Shown: piece after piece, positions 31,607-32,000 of the stretch
How the letters are laid out: the number at the start of each line of letters is the position of its first letter
Numbering within the stretch: the first letter of the stretch is position 1
Assembly (NCBI RefSeq): GCF_001997385.1
Contig: NZ_CP019633.1
Location: forward strand, 1,230,001 to 1,262,000
Reading direction: 5' to 3'
Source: Sedimentisphaera cyanobacteriorum
GTDB taxonomy: Bacteria > Planctomycetota > Phycisphaerae > Sedimentisphaerales > Sedimentisphaeraceae
DNA: 32,000 nucleotides
Notes under the pieces: model-generated
Databases searched by the model: none
What the model was told of the DNA's origin: nothing
What the model saw: only the letters and a program-made list of their open reading frames with translations
Translations under genes and position numbers: made by a program

Positions 31607-32000
31607 ATGAAATCATTAAATTTGTTTATCCTTACAGCAGTTGCCGCAGCGGTTTTCGCAGGTTCACAAACAGCACTGACAATCTATAATGACAATCTCG
31701 GCGTGGTTAAGGAAGTGCGGGATATTGAATTTGAAAAGGGAACGAGCAGGGTTGAATTTACAGATGTAGCTGAAACCATCGATCCTACCAGCGTTAGCTT
31801 CAGGCCGATGGAGGACGCTGAGATATCGCTTCTGGAGCAGAACTACGAATACGATCTTGTAGATCCCTACAAACTGCTCGAAAAATACATTGGCAAGAAA
31901 ATCACATTATTCGTACAGAGAGATGAGAACGTTGCCCCGCTTCGGGACGAATATGAGCTTCTCGCATTCAAAGGCAATGATTTTGTGGTTCGCAGCAGGA
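31607..32000 (+). CDS. Secreted DUF4140/DUF4139-family protein, N-terminal 131 codons (continues beyond window end)
   Basis: Not in the track because it has no stop in the window. Hand translation gives MKSLNLFILTAVAAAVFAGSQTALTIYNDNLGVVKEVRDIEFEKGTSRVEFTDVAETIDPTSVSFRPMEDAEISLLEQNYEYDLV... A signal peptide is followed by the TIYN...V.F.....ID.TSV pattern typical of DUF4140 N-terminal domains. Confidence 0.6.
   Translation, partial: MKSLNLFILTAVAAAVFAGSQTALTIYNDNLGVVKEVRDIEFEKGTSRVEFTDVAETIDPTSVSFRPMEDAEISLLEQNYEYDLVDPYKLLEKYIGKKITLFVQRDENVAPLRDEYELLAFKGNDFVVRSR

Noticed and set aside
1-32000. Search for CRISPR repeats, tRNA/rRNA genes, IS elements, integrases or long direct or inverted repeats at the cassette borders
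   Set aside because: None were recognised by eye. The only repeated DNA noticed is the shared 5' block of the two MNT genes.

Overview
All calls rest on hand translation and motif recognition; no database search was possible. About 28.5 kb (1-28529) is one co-directional minus-strand Wzx/Wzy-type heteropolysaccharide locus (O-antigen, EPS or capsule-like). It is transcribed divergently from rpsB-tsf, which are followed on the plus strand by gmhA and a DUF4139-like gene. The locus encodes UDP-L-FucNAc synthesis (fnlA-fnlB-fnlC plus a WbuB-like transferase) and GDP-L-fucose synthesis (gmd, fcl). It also has a DegT aminotransferase/GNAT pair, two hexapeptide acetyltransferases, six recognisable and three putative glycosyltransferases, wzx and wzy. 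A higher-GC flank carries an NAD-dependent epimerase and a nucleotide-sugar dehydrogenase. The centre (about 811-24870) is visibly AT-rich compared with both flanks and is bordered on the right by an 86-codon 5' fragment of rfbB, which points to cassette replacement. Four things deserve a closer look. (1) A 774-aa secreted protein (beta-sandwich, coiled coil, DUF4091/GH123-like region) sits inside the locus and carries the window's only long G/C homopolymer (9 nt), a possible phase-variation switch. (2) Tandem MNT-HEPN toxin-antitoxin cassettes are wedged between the epimerase and the dehydrogenase; one is intact with an Rx4H motif and one is decaying. (3) Three cluster proteins have no confident family assignment. 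(4) Ribosomal protein S2 has a roughly 100-aa K/E/P-rich tail. No tRNA, rRNA, CRISPR array, transposase or integrase was seen. The S2 N-terminus (GHGASRWHPKM) resembles Planctomycetota/PVC sequences, but that taxonomic guess is unverified.
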